A stretch of 64,000 bases of DNA from Eledone cirrhosa. Its lineage: Eukaryota. Location: assembly GCA_964016885.1 (NCBI GenBank), contig OZ024760.1, positions 434,001-498,000 of the forward strand. Reading direction: 5' to 3'. The notes beneath the pieces were generated by a model. That model was not told the DNA's origin and searched no databases. It was given only the letters and a program-made list of their open reading frames with translations. How positions within the stretch are numbered: position 1 is the first letter of the stretch; each line of letters starts with the position of its first letter. Positions 27,701 through 39,459 of this stretch are shown here, piece by piece. The translations under genes and the position numbers were made by a program.

Positions 27701-28152
27701 ACGGGCGCCCGGGTAGGGACCCCGCCAAAAAGATCTGTCCCAGATGCGTGTGCGACGAGGAAACCGTTGCACACGCATTGGTACACTGCTCGGGCGTAGC
27801 CGATCTGTGGGGCTATGTCGAACAACTGCTGTCAAGGGTGGGACCGATCCGGTTGACCACCGAGTCTATTGTAATGATCAAGCCGCCTCCCCCCTTCAAA
27901 GATGAAGCAGAGGCGGTGTTTCTGTGCGTAATAGCCATGGCGAAAGAGGTTGTATGGTGGACGCGTCTGAAAGGACTGAGGTCGGGCACCTTTCTCTCTG
28001 GCCAACAACTGGTCCGTTTCTTCCGATATCATTTCGGAAGAAGGATCAGGATGGAGAGAGAGGTGCAGCACCCCAGTCGTTTTTATGAAAGGTGGGTGAA
28101 AGTGGCGAGAATGGCCCGTGTGAATGGGCCTTCTCTTTACATAAGCCTGTAG
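24715..28152 (+). CDS. ORF2: APE endonuclease + reverse transcriptase + C-terminal zinc motif
   Basis: LNARGL, GDWN, YLDRF, SDH (APE); KSPGLDG, FRPITLLN, DQSKAFDRV, QGCPLS, YADD (RT); CPRC..ETVAHALVHC. First ATG at 24715. Confidence 0.96.
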   Translation: MAVLRVGCLNARGLGSSWKQAMLLNDLGSQSINVMVICEARISSMRQLAPTFDDFEMHASLCQPGGGGGVVVLLQKHMGLATQIVHLDPGGRLVVLDLGSGEGRAFRLIAAYAPFGTERPDFFQRLESFLGTSRSLLLVGDWNGILDARWDYAGACPDREGCNSLKGLLGRFDLADRFRLDFPTVPTWSWSNRSGSSRSYLDRFLVRNKDRDFLSCPEMLMVGYSDHKLVTCMVNLDRTHRQGPGYWKLNLSLPASRAYRNRISTLVKERLTGAIVNSRWWVSLKREIRVVSIEFSKVLAADRNRKERELIDRVEEAIRSGDVARVLASRTALSQFFDAKHEGCVVRSKIRALGNEGAKAVSWARVTEANSGTKSTIRSLRDLDGRAILEPKQMCEAFQRHFARLFGRRGEPVGNVDFGPYLDGLPRLSDREAKSCEEPISAAEIEDVLGQCGKRKSPGLDGLPYELYLAMPDLFPDLLEAVYCNWQQNGRIPCTVTKGVVTLVRKDENKGDEISNFRPITLLNTELQILAKVLAKRLALVVGNLVGDAQTCAIPSRSIHDNLHLMRYIIERVGNEPGFGGALINLDQSKAFDRVDHGYLDAVLAAAGFGPVFRGWITAMHSSRICSRVKVNGYLSEPFKIARSIRQGCPLSSLLYVLTLEPLLRKLELLQGIPLEPGLRKAVSAYADDVTVMVSTASEIEAVGTLLEEYEKFTGAKLNRDKSIGLQLGTWRGRPMPSDGVVGRWTEGPVKLLGVWFGPELQVEKNWAEVTNRVFALTQKWASCNLSLKGRAEVANTYIASVIYYRLTVVPCPRETLTKMERALFQFLWKGRAPMVRRSICCQHPSKGGLGMPWLMMRKHALRLRHLYVFLTGQPVWAPFVRRTFPRLVSLTELQSWVKQRPRKLGAWHTECAQALTALWQADPVISGDSTATFYRGLVRSRCDDALGEALDMEEDELASLFGRTFSPGPMDNFQKSLAWQCYRGALPVRERLYRHGRPGRDPAKKICPRCVCDEETVAHALVHCSGVADLWGYVEQLLSRVGPIRLTTESIVMIKPPPPFKDEAEAVFLCVIAMAKEVVWWTRLKGLRSGTFLSGQQLVRFFRYHFGRRIRMEREVQHPSRFYERWVKVARMARVNGPSLYISL

Positions 28153-28415
28153 GTGGAAAAGAGGAAGGAACCAGGGAGCACCCCTCTCTGTGCTCCTGAG
28201 GAAAAGGGTTGCACACTTTTTTCGGGGGTGTGTGCGACCCCCCAAGGCGCCTCCTCTCTATTGAGGATTTTGTTAAAAATTTTATTTTTTGTTATATCTT
28301 ATTTTATTTTTATATTTTGTTATTGCCTCCTCCTTATTGAGGACGCCTTTTTGTGTAAACTCCCCCCTTTGTACTTGTCCCACTTTTGATGCCCTAGTGG
28401 CAAATAAAAGAAACT

Positions 28416-28457
<42 letters not shown>

Positions 28458-28463
28458 GTCCGA

Positions 28464-28901
28464 GTGGTGGACAAGGTTGAAAGGGCTGAGGTCAGAGACC
28501 TTTCTCTCCGGCCAACAACTGATTCTTTTTTTCAAATACCACTTTGGAAGAAGAATCAGGATGGAGAGAGAGGTGCTGTACCCCAGCAAGTTTTATGAAA
28601 GGTGGGTGAAAGTGGCGAGAATGGCCCGAGTGAATGGGCCTTCTCTCTATATCAGCCTGTAGGTTGAGGAAAAGGAGGAGGAGAGGAAAGGAGTACAAAC
28701 TCTTCGTACTCCTGGAGATGAGGGCTGCACATTTTTTTTCGGGGGTATGTGTTACCCATATAAACTGTCTCCCTCTATTGGGGAAAATCGACTAACTTTT
28801 TTAATTCCATTTGTGATAACATTTTACACGTTTTTATTGTATGTAAACTTCCCCCTTTGTATTTGTCCCCTTCTTTTGTGCCCCCGTGGCTAATAAAGAA
28901 A
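28464..28901 (+). mobile_element. 5'-truncated 3' fragment of a related Tx1 subfamily
   Basis: Encodes WWTRLKGLRSETFLSGQQL..GPSLYISL, matching the ORF2 C-terminus; different 3' UTR; (TCTA)n on both sides. Confidence 0.92.
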
Positions 28902-29148
28902 TATATCTATCTATCTGTATTACCTAAATTCTATTATGACCTCTCTGCAATTCTCAGCATCTTTGCGCTTGCTTATTTGAATGTATTCCTGTGTATACAT
29001 GTTTTCAATTTTTGTGGTTTGAGCTCAGCTATGTATGTGTGTGTATGTGTATCAGTGAATATATAACCACTCTCGTGGAAATGTGTATATAGTAACATTG
29101 TATGTATACACACATGTATACACACGCTCATATCTCTCTCTCTCTCTC

Positions 29149-29229
<81 letters not shown>

Positions 29230-29240
29230 TTATATACATT

Positions 29241-29339
<99 letters not shown>

Positions 29340-29347
29340 TTATATAC

Positions 29348-29395
<48 letters not shown>

Positions 29396-30261
29396 TTATA
29401 TACATACATACATTGTATATATATATATACATATTTACATTTGTATATATATATATATATATATACATACATTTGTATATATATGTAATTATACATATAC
29501 ATACAGTATCTCAGGCCTACCTATAACACATGTATGTACGTTTGTATGTATGTATGTATGCATGTATGTATGCATGTACGTATGTATGTATGGATGTATG
29601 TTTGTATGTATGTATGTATGTATGTATGTATGTATGTATGTATGTATGGATGTATGTATGTATGTATGTATGCATGTACGTATGTATGTATGAGTTCACT
29701 CTCCTATGTACACGAAGAGGAAAAAGAAGAAACGGTCGAATGCAATAAAGTCCCGTCTCAATAAACAGCCCAGGATATTAAACAGCCATAAAACATTGAA
29801 GAGATTACAACGTCCTATTTCATTGGCTGTTTATGAAGCGGTATTTGTTTTCATGACTCTCCCCACCCTTGTTCTTTCCTCTTTCCTTCTTATCTGAAGA
29901 GGTGTGTGTGTGTGTCTGTGTGTGTGTTGGATCTGTAGCTAGTTGTCTACACCGGGGCAGCTAGTTAGCTTGGCTTGCTATTTAGCTAGCAATCTGGCTA
30001 CCTTGCTCCCTAAGTAGGTAGCTACCATGCTGTGTATATATATATACATGTATATATATATATATATATGAAAAGATTCAGGACCCCGACGGCTGATCTC
30101 CGTTTCGAGAGCAAGATCCACTCTACAACCCCAAGTAACGAGTAGTCAGATCCACCTGGTACTTTACCACACCCTTTCTGATATCCCCCACTCTCCTGAG
30201 CGTGAAATTAATAAACATTTATTGTACTGCCTCTCTGTTTTGTCCCTGTTCAAATTTTTCC

Positions 30262-30317
<56 letters not shown>

Positions 30318-30319
30318 AG

Positions 30320-30522
30320 AAAAACCACATACCCTCCATCTCAACTCTACTTTTGAAAAGCAGAAGAACTGCAAAACCCGTAAAGGAACCAAATAAATAT
30401 ATATATTTTTTTAAAAATAAGACTCCAGTTGCATTTTCGATTTCATCTTTTTTTCTTTATACTTTCACTCGTGTAGGACACCTCGGTTATTTTTCATTTT
30501 GTAAAAAAAACCTCACTTTCTA
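30320..30522 (+). mobile_element. Family J fragment (putative Penelope pLTR 3' end) in (TA)n
   Basis: Near-identical to 39452-40266 and 60123-60430. Confidence 0.75.
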
Positions 30523-30580
30523 ATATATATATATAATCCTTATCGAGCCCTCTTCGGATTTTAGACTTCACATTTATTAT

Positions 30581-30641
<61 letters not shown>

Positions 30642-30644
<3 letters not shown>

Positions 30645-30770
30645 TTAAAAAAAACGGGAGGTTATATCCATAGTAAGTAAAGTACTCAGTCCATTGGACG
30701 AGTTCGGTATAGAGTTAGTTCCGCAACAAATTAGCAAACCATACTCGAGGACACGTGTTTCACCCAACAG
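30642..30770 (-). mobile_element. (TA)n-inserted fragment with a hammerhead 3' half
   Basis: Reverse complement GAA-ACACGTGT-C^CTCGAG (palindromic stem III, GUC). The tail GGACTGAGTACT resembles family B (8143-8220). Confidence 0.55.
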
Positions 30771-30841
30771 AGAGAGAGAGAGAGACCATCTGAGAAACAG
30801 GTAAACAAAGACATAGATAGGTAGATAGATAAGTAGATATA

Positions 30842-31092
30842 TTTCTTTATTTGCCACAAGGGCGCACAAGAAAAGGGGTCAAAACAAAGACATATGGCGG
30901 GGATTTTACATACAATCGTGTAAAATAATTTTAACATAAAAATTTAACTATCCAAATCCCTAATAGGAGCAGGCGTTACAAATGGGTTGTTTTTCAGTAA
31001 ATTTACTGGGGTGCAGTACCTCTCTCTCTACTCTGATTCTCCTTCTGAAGTGGTATCTAAAGAAGGGAATGAGCTGTTGTCCGGAGAGAAAG
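30842..31092 (-). mobile_element. Degenerate Tx1 3' fragment
   Basis: FLSGQQLIPFFRYHFRRRIRVEREVLHPSKF; 3' GTGGCAAATAAAGAAA followed by TCTA-type repeats; GATA-type repeats on the other side. Confidence 0.88.
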
Positions 31093-31544
31093 ATAGATAA
31101 ATAGATAGGTAAGTAGTTAGATGGATAAAGGGAGGGATAGAAAGATAAAGAGAGAGATTGCCACTTCAACATTCATAATCTTGAACATACATAAGTTTTG
31201 TATAACGCGGTAGGCTTGAGTGGTGGTGGCGCGTAAGATTGGGGCCCACAGTATTCGATTTTGTAGTGCAGATAACCTCGTATAATTTGTTTACTGTAGG
31301 GTGTGGTCTATATTTGTGTGCGATATAATCAATTTGATATTGATGTTTTCCGTTCAAGGTTCATAGATTTAATCTATCATCTGCTCTTAACATCACCTGG
31401 TCACGTAAGTGTGGTTTTAACCCTTTCATTAACATATTTCCAATGAAAGATACAACCTATATTTGGTTTTTAAGTTATTTTGGAAATAATTACGAATTTG
31501 AAGGAGTTTTATAATAAAACTTTCTTATTATTAATTTGGGGTTT

Positions 31545-31850
31545 TACGGGGTCGATAAAATAAAGTACCAGTCACGCACTGGGGTCGATTTAATCGATTT
31601 TCCCCTCTCCCAAAATTGCTGGCCTTGTGCCTATATAAGAAACCATTATTTTAAGGGCGGTGGGTTGGCAGTATCGGTAGAGGATCGGACGTCATGCTTT
31701 ATGATCTGAGTTCAAATCCTGCCTAGGTTAACTTTGCCTTTCATTCTTGCGGGGTCGATAAAATAAAGTACCAGTCCCGTACTAGGGTCGATCTAATCGA
31801 CGCTTCCTGCCCCCAATTGCTGGCCTTGTGCCTAAATCAGAAACTATTAC
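31545..31850 (+). mobile_element. Two tandem Nin-domain SINEs
   Basis: Nin core, B box and tail as in the other copies. Confidence 0.85.
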
Positions 31851-32476
31851 CATATTTCTAATGAAAGACAAATAATTTTGAAAATAATCAAGAATTTGGA
31901 AGAGTTTAGTAATATAAGTTTCTCTAAGTTGGTGTTTGGAGCATAATTTGACAGTGGTTCTCGTAATAAAAGTATGATGGAAGGGTTTTAAATAAATATA
32001 TACTCTTTAAAACAGTTTTATATCGTCGAACTAGGTGGGGGGGGGGGGGTCTCGGGTGGTTTGGTATCGAAAGAAATAATGTCGTAAAAAGAAGAATGAC
32101 ACGTTGACAAAGTAACTCTGTATAAATAGGACGGCATGATACACAATGTAGGGGCAGCTTTTGATGAGAGGATCTGCTGGTTCAGAGGTGACTTTTATAT
32201 CTAGAATGACAACGACAAACAACAGTAGCACCGCCTACAAGAGGAACAAGAAGAAGAAGAAAGCAAAGAAGAAGGCGGTGGTGATGAGGAGAAGGATGAG
32301 GAGGCAGAAATAAGAGGAAGAAGAAGAAAAACAAGAGAAGAAGCAGCAATATCACCATCACTATCAACAACACCAACAACAGCAATAACGAAAAACGACG
32401 ACTAACAAGAACAACTGCAACAACAACAACAACATCTAAAACAGCAGAGGCAGTGTACAGAGCCTGAACAACGAAA

Positions 32477-32968
32477 ATGACGACGACGACGACCACCACC
32501 ACCACTGCCACCACCACCACCATACCACCACCATCACCATACCACCACCATACCACCACCACCACCACCATACCACCACCACCACCATACCACCATCACC
32601 ACCATACCACCACCACCACCATACCACCACCACCACCACCACATCACCATCATCACCACCATACCACCACCACCATACCACTACCACCACCACCATACCA
32701 CTACCACCACCACCATACCACCACCACCATACCACTACCACCACCACCACCATACCACTACCACCACCACCATACCACCACCACCACCATACCACTACCA
32801 CCAATACCACCACCACCACCACCACCACCTTACCACCACCACCATACCACCACCACCACACCACTACCACCACCACCATACCACTACCACCACCACCACC
32901 ACCACCACCACCTTACCACTACCACCACCACCTTACCACTACCACCACCACCATACCACCACCACGAC
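32477..32968. repeat. (CCA)n-based repeat with CCATA/CTA interruptions
   Basis: Seen directly. Confidence 0.92.
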
Positions 32969-33609
32969 CAATATCAGTTTTGGATGCTCTAAAAAGGGTC
33001 GTGGAACCTTCCCTAGTTTCCCTTGTAAACCTCTCTTCAATGCCAGTCAGAGGACGGGGGAAGGGCTGTAAAGAGCAATGGCCCTGAAAAGGTTCATGGA
33101 AACTGCCCTTCTCTCACTGGCAAACCTCTCTTCAATATCACAAGTCTTAAGCTCTTTGAAAAGGGCCACGGACACTGCCTTTCACTCTTCAACAGAGCAG
33201 TAAGAGAATGAAAACGAAAAAATAACTATAAATCAAACAACATAAATAAAACCAAAGGACCAAGACCACTGGAACATTTGTTGACTGACTGATTCGTTGT
33301 GTGCGGCTGTCTTAGGTTACTGTGTGTTGTGTGACAGGATATAAGATTAGAAACCAATAGTTAAATAAAAAGAGGGGAATAAGAGTCACCTTTGACCCCA
33401 CCTCCTTGCTCAGCACGTCTAGACAATATTCAACAGGTGGGGCAAGGGTGGGGAGAGGGCATGACAGATATATATATATGAACATTCCTCTATATTAGGT
33501 TTTCCACATGGTTGACTCAGTGGAATTGCAGCAACTCCTCTATCACGCAAGACTGATTCAGTTTCACCTTTCTGTTCATCCCACAAACCCCTCTCCCTTT
33601 CCATTTTCT

Positions 33610-33767
<158 letters not shown>

Positions 33768-33848
33768 GGTAAATAGAAATAACAACACAATCGGTACAGT
33801 ATATGGCAGGAATATATTAGGTTAACGCTTGAAATAGCAGGAAGAGGG

Positions 33849-33884
33849 TCTTAACGTTTCGGACGCTAGTTTTTCATCAGAAGA
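33849..33884 (-). ncRNA. Minimal hammerhead, family D (stem II decayed)
   Basis: Reverse complement TCTT-CTGATGA-AAAAC-TAGC-GTCC-GAAAC-GTT^AAGA. Confidence 0.65.
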
Positions 33885-34191
33885 AAAAATGAGAAATTAG
33901 AGAGATGGAAGGGACGGGCGGAGTGGAATTGGAAAAAAATGCCTTTAGATAAAAATGACATGTCCATTCATGTCGCCATCTCTTGGAAAGCTATATATAA
34001 ATATAGGAGGGGGGCGCTGAAAAGTTGTTGGCTTTAAGGGCATCACGAAAGGGTAGAGCTGTTACCTTTAAGGACCGCTGCAATAAGTACGTGAATGTAT
34101 GTATGTAAAAGGTAAACAGAAATAACAACACAATCGGTACAGTATATGGAAAGGATATATTAGGTTAACGCTTGATATAGCAGGAAGAGGG

Positions 34192-34227
34192 TCTTAACGT
34201 TTCGGACGCTAGTCCTTCATCAGAAGA
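34192..34227 (-). ncRNA. Minimal Penelope-type hammerhead, family D (intact)
   Basis: Reverse complement TCTT-CTGATGA-A-GGAC-TAGC-GTCC-GAA-ACGT-T^AAGA; palindromic ACGU stem III; 343 nt from the previous copy. Confidence 0.85.
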
Positions 34228-34509
34228 AAAAATGAGGAATAAGATAGATTGAGGGGTCGGGCGGGTTGGAATTGGAAAAAAAATGTCTTCAGATAAAAAT
34301 AACAGGTCCCTTCATGTTGACATATATATATTTAGGTATATTTAAAATTTCATGCACGACCTTAGGTTTCGGGATCCAGTTATGGCCACCAATATAGAGT
34401 GGAGGAGCCGTTTTAAAACTGTGAGTGAGCTATATCTAAAAATATAAACGCACACAACTCACACATCTCTCCCTCCCTCTCTCTCTTTCTACCTCTGTCT
34501 CTCTCTTTC

Positions 34510-34578
<69 letters not shown>

Positions 34579-35232
34579 ACCTCTGTCTTTCTCTTTCTGT
34601 TTATTTCTCTTCGTGTGAATGTTTAAAGTTATCATCTATCCTTCATCGCAAACAAACAGTTGTCTGGCAGCCAATCAACCAATCAAATTTCAGCAACGGA
34701 ACAGTTGAACCAACCAATCAGCAGCCGATAACAAAAGAGCTCGTTCGCCTTTCAGAACAGCCATATATTATTCTAGAAGGGCTTGCTTGGTCCCTTCTAC
34801 ACGCCATTACCAGGGTATATCTCTGTCGTCTGCTAAATGGAAGAAGGAAGAACTGAAATGGGTAACTACCTTTCATCTTATAATCTCAATGGCGCCATTG
34901 GCTTCCAATCTGATAAAGAGGAAAAACAAAGAAATAAAAGGCAAATTGCCAGGGGTGATTGACTGGAGTTAAGATTTTGGGGTTTCAAGTTTGTCTCACA
35001 CTCTCTCAGACAAACACATAATCAAATAGAACAAGCAAGTATACATATCATATCATATCAATCACACACACACACACACATACACACACACACACACACA
35101 TATATATACACATACATATGTATGCGTGTGTAATTTTGAAATATGGGCGAGGACATTGGTTTGTAAGCTCACATAAAGCCATACACACATACATAATATA
35201 CATATATATATCATATCATATTATATATCATT

Positions 35233-35291
<59 letters not shown>

Positions 35292-35615
35292 ATATATATT
35301 CTATTCTATTCTATCTTCTATCTTATTATATTCTATCTTATTATATTATATTATATATATATATATATATATAACAATATATTTAGAAACACACAGATAC
35401 ATGCGGACACACACATATATACATGAATGCATCCGCACCCAACTGTGAGTTAAGGGTGCCAACTTCACCGATGTTGCTCAATGAATGACTGGGACAGACC
35501 AATTCAGTTGAACTAGACTGAACCAGTATCAGAGTTAAAAATACATTATGAAGAGAGAAGAAACATTTAGATATAATTAGTAATAAAATGTATCATACCT
35601 AAACTGCTCCTAAAT

Positions 35616-35705
35616 TCCTCGACTACGTAGTTTCGTGGCATAAACAAAAACAATATATCATAAAGATATAGAGTCCTTGCGAGGTCTGCCGACTTATCAA
35701 GAGGA
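35616..35705 (-). ncRNA. Hammerhead with U3-A8 variant core, family H
   Basis: Reverse complement of 36663-36752. Confidence 0.75.
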
Positions 35706-36662
35706 TACCTCATTTTACTAGTCTCAAGAACGCGTCTACACGACGTGAGAAAGAATCCCAAAAGGCGGAGGGGGAGATAGTCACGCGATATAACGGTCGA
35801 GAAACAGAGCTAAGCCTCTTATAACCCCGAAGAAAATACCACGGAGGCGGAGGGGGTATTTATATCGAGGCCGTAGAAGAGGTGGTGAAGAAGGCGAGAA
35901 GTATGAGTAATGGAAGCCTTCCAGCTGTCCCCACACTTCAAAGATTGCTCGACCAGAGGGAGTTATTAACAATATAATTAGAAACACACAGATACATGCG
36001 GACACACACATATATACATGAATGCATCCGCACCCAACTGTGAGTTAAGGGTGCCAACTTCACCGATGTTGCTCAATGAATGACTGGGACAGACCAATTC
36101 AGTTGAACTAGACTGAACCAGTATCAGAGTTAAAAATACATTATGAAGAGAGAAGAAACATTTAGATATAATTAGTAATAAAATGTATCATACCTAAACT
36201 GCTCCTAAATTCCTTCTCTCTTCATAATGTATTTTTAACTCTGATACTGGTTCAGTCTAGTTCAACTGAATTGGTCTGTCCCAGTCATTCATTGAGCAAC
36301 ATCGGTGAAGTTGGCACCCTTAACTCACAGTTGGGTGCGGATGCATTCATGTATATATGTGTGTGTCCGCATGTATCTGTGTGTTTCTAATTATATTGTT
36401 AATAACTCCCTCTGGTCGAGCAATCTTTGAAGTGCGGGGACAGCTGGAAGGCTTCCATTACTCATACTTCTCGCCTTCTTCACCACCTCTTCTACGGCCT
36501 CGATATAAATACCTCCTCCGCCTCCGTGGTATTTTCTTCGGGGTTATAGGAGGCTTAGCTCTGTTTCTCGACCGTTATATCGCGTGACTATCTCCCCCTC
36601 CGCCTTTTGGGATTCTTTCTCACGTCGTGTAGACGCGTTCTTGAGACTAGTAAAATGAGGTA

Positions 36663-36752
36663 TCCTCTTGATAAGTCGGCAGACCTCGCAAGGACTCTAT
36701 ATCTTTATGATATATTGTTTTTGTTTATGCCACGAAACTACGTAGTCGAGGA
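36663..36752 (+). ncRNA. Hammerhead with U3-A8 variant core, family H
   Basis: TCCTC-TTGATAA-GTcGGCA..TGCCAC-GAA-ACTACGTAGT-C^GAGGA: stem I UCCUC/GAGGA, 10-nt palindromic stem III, GUC triplet. Confidence 0.78.
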
Positions 36753-36821
36753 ATTTAGGAGCAGTTTAGGTATGATACATTTTATTACTAATTATATCTA
36801 AATGTTTCTTCTCTCTTCATA

Positions 36822-36859
<38 letters not shown>

Positions 36860-36892
36860 AAGAAATTAAAAGATGGTTAAAAAAGTTCCATA

Positions 36893-36962
36893 TATTTTAT
36901 TATGCGCATTTCGAAAACAACATCATCCTAGGACAAAAATTGTGTTCTCATCAGATAGAATA
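36893..36962 (-). ncRNA. Type I hammerhead motif, family F
   Basis: Reverse complement TATTCTAT-CTGATGA-GAACAC..GTTTTC-GAA-ATGCGCAT-A^ATAAAATA. Confidence 0.8.
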
Positions 36963-37090
36963 AGGTAACATGATATGAGGCCTAAAAACACTAGTGAACA
37001 AGAAAGTGTGCAGTCTACATATCATGTTACCTTATTTTATTGGACACTTTCTTGTTCACAAATGTTTTTATGCCTCCTATCATGTTACCT

Positions 37091-37160
37091 TATTTTATCT
37101 GATGAGAACACAATTTTTGTCCCAGGATGATGTTGTTTTCGAAATGCGCTTAGTAAAATA
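37091..37160 (+). ncRNA. Type I hammerhead motif, family F (inverted partner)
   Basis: TATTTTAT-CTGATGA-GAACAC..GTTTTC-GAA-ATGCGCTT-A^GTAAAATA. Confidence 0.72.
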
Positions 37161-37294
37161 TATGGAACTTTTTTAACCATCTTTTAATTTCTTCTTTATA
37201 TATACTCCAGTTCTACCTACCAACTGTTGACTGCTACTTATCTGATATATGCATATTTTTAATGTTCTACAATATTACTCACCTCCTACACACG

Positions 37295-37429
<135 letters not shown>

Positions 37430-37715
37430 GAGGTGAGTAATATTGTAGAACAATAAAACTATATATATATATATATATTTCGTTTCTGAATTTGTTTAGC
37501 AAGATTCTTTATCTGAAATCGTGTGTTGAAACCGATATTGTTATACTTTGGGAGGGTCATGTTGCCAATAAGAAACACACGCACCAGTGCGTGTGTTTCT
37601 TATTGGCAACATGACCCTCCCAAAGTATAACAATATATATATATATATATATATATATTTAATATAGATGAGATTCTACAGGACTAGAACTGTTTCATTC
37701 TTTAGAAATCATCAG

Positions 37716-37768
37716 GAGATTCCTGATGATTTCTAAAGAATGAAACAGTTCTAGTCCTGTAGAATCTC
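37716..37768 (+). ncRNA. Complete type I hammerhead, family C
   Basis: GAGATTC-CTGATGA-TTTC-TAAA-GAAT-GAA-ACAG-TTCTAGTC-CTGT-A^GAATCTC; 7-bp stem I. Inverted arm at 37670-37717 lacks most of the 5' stem I. Confidence 0.87.
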
Positions 37769-38312
37769 ATCTATATTAAAACTGTTATACTCTGCTATGT
37801 ATTGAGTACCTTACTTACTGTGGTTACCTCTGATTCAACCCGGAATAACTTACCTATATATATATATATATATATTGGTTTTAAATATATCTGGGACTAT
37901 ATTATCTAATATACTATTACAGTATTACATTTTTATAGATATTTGGGTGTTTAATATGAGGGTGGTGTGGCTATTGTTTCTAACAGGTCTACTAACCACT
38001 TCTATCAACATCATCATAACCCTGCTAGCACCACTAGCAATGATATTACCATTACAAAGGTTATTATCAACAACATCATCACAGCCATCACTATTTCTAT
38101 CACCATTATGAGGGTCGACCGAAAAATTCATAGGCTGACTAGGAAATAATGATGTTAGAGCTGTGAAATTTTCCATGCATTAGTTTAAACTCTTTTTATT
38201 AATAACTGCATCGTTTCTTTACGGGGACTATGTAGATAAATAAACCTCGTTTGGTCATTCCATGAGAGTATCTTGGTCAGTCAATGAACTTTTCATACGA
38301 TCCTCGTACATA

Positions 38313-38360
<48 letters not shown>

Positions 38361-38601
38361 CGCAAAGACAAGCAGACACATGGTTATATATATATATGCA
38401 TACACACGCACACATACAGAGGTGCTGTTGTGTATGTGTGTGTGTCCCCTAATTCTGTTTCAATTTTAACGAAATACATCCACAAAAGATATATAATGAG
38501 TTTCGGGTTAATTAAGTAACCAATCAAATTAATAAGCAATTGTAAACACATATCGCAAATCTCTTCAGGAAACCAGTATTATATATTTTGAATGCATGTC
38601 C

Positions 38602-38659
<58 letters not shown>

Positions 38660-38941
38660 CATATAACTATATATATATATAAACGGAAAAAATGAAACGA
38701 AATTTCAGTTCCCACTCTTAGTACGGCTGTTACTTAAATATAAGTATGTACACGTATATATATGTATACAGACGTACAGTAGTATGTATATATATATACA
38801 TACATGCACACATATATATATGTACGTATGGATTCACCGAACATTTATTATAATGCTCGGTGTGTTTGTAAACAAACATCCCGTATTAAGCCGTAGTGTC
38901 CAGCAACCATCGTCGCTCGTTTGTTCAACACTGACAAAGGA

Positions 38942-38984
38942 ACGCTGTACTAGTTTCAAGCTTATTAGCTATCGTCAGCAACGT
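38942..38984 (-). ncRNA. Type I hammerhead, family I
   Basis: Reverse complement ACGTTG-CTGACGA-T-AGCT-AATA-AGCT-T-GAA-ACTAGT-A^CAGCGT. Confidence 0.85.
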
Positions 38985-39046
38985 ATACCTTCCTGCCAGA
39001 TTGTTTAACGTATATACTTACCTTATGCATATTAACGGCTGAGCTA

Positions 39047-39093
<47 letters not shown>

Positions 39094-39300
39094 TATGTAC
39101 ACGCACATACATATATGTATACAGACGTACAGTAGTATGTATGTATATATATATATATACATACATGCACACATATATATGTACGTATGGATTCACCGAA
39201 CATTTATCATAATGCTCGGTGTGTTTGTAAACAAACATCCCGTATTAAGCCGTAGTGTCCAGCAACCATCGTTGCTCGTTTGTTCAACACTGACAAAGGA

Positions 39301-39343
39301 ACGCTGTACTAGTTTCAAGCTTATTAGCTATCGTCAGCAACGT
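39301..39343 (-). ncRNA. Type I hammerhead, family I (359 nt from the previous copy)
   Basis: Identical motif. Confidence 0.85.
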
Positions 39344-39403
39344 ATACCTTCCTGCCAGATTGTTGAACGTATATACTTACCTTATGCATATTAACGGCTG
39401 AGC

Positions 39404-39451
<48 letters not shown>

Positions 39452-39459
<8 letters not shown>

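Larger units (their letters stand above)
22619..28413 (+). mobile_element. Apparently full-length, intact L1/Tx1-clade LINE inserted in (TCTA)n
   Basis: Two uninterrupted ORFs, 3' UTR ending AATAAAAGAAA, and (CTAT)n immediately on both sides. Confidence 0.93.
35372..36827. mobile_element. Family H: 595-nt hammerhead-bearing unit, 1.4 copies (-) joined head-to-head to 1.0 permuted copy (+)
   Basis: 35372-35619 recurs at 35967-36214 (period 595); 36213-36827 is the inverted copy, starting and ending with the same ~19 nt (period 595); (TA)n on both sides. Confidence 0.9.

Noticed and set aside
31166-31357. Possible decayed GIY-YIG fragment
   Set aside because: Motifs are too degenerate to call by eye.
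33545-33585. Minus-strand GAAACTGAATCAGTC as a hammerhead 3' half
   Set aside because: No matching core or 5' stem I upstream and no second copy.
35567-36801. Duplicated 64- and 76-aa ORFs
   Set aside because: They are a by-product of the inverted duplication, start at non-ATG codons and have no recognisable domain.
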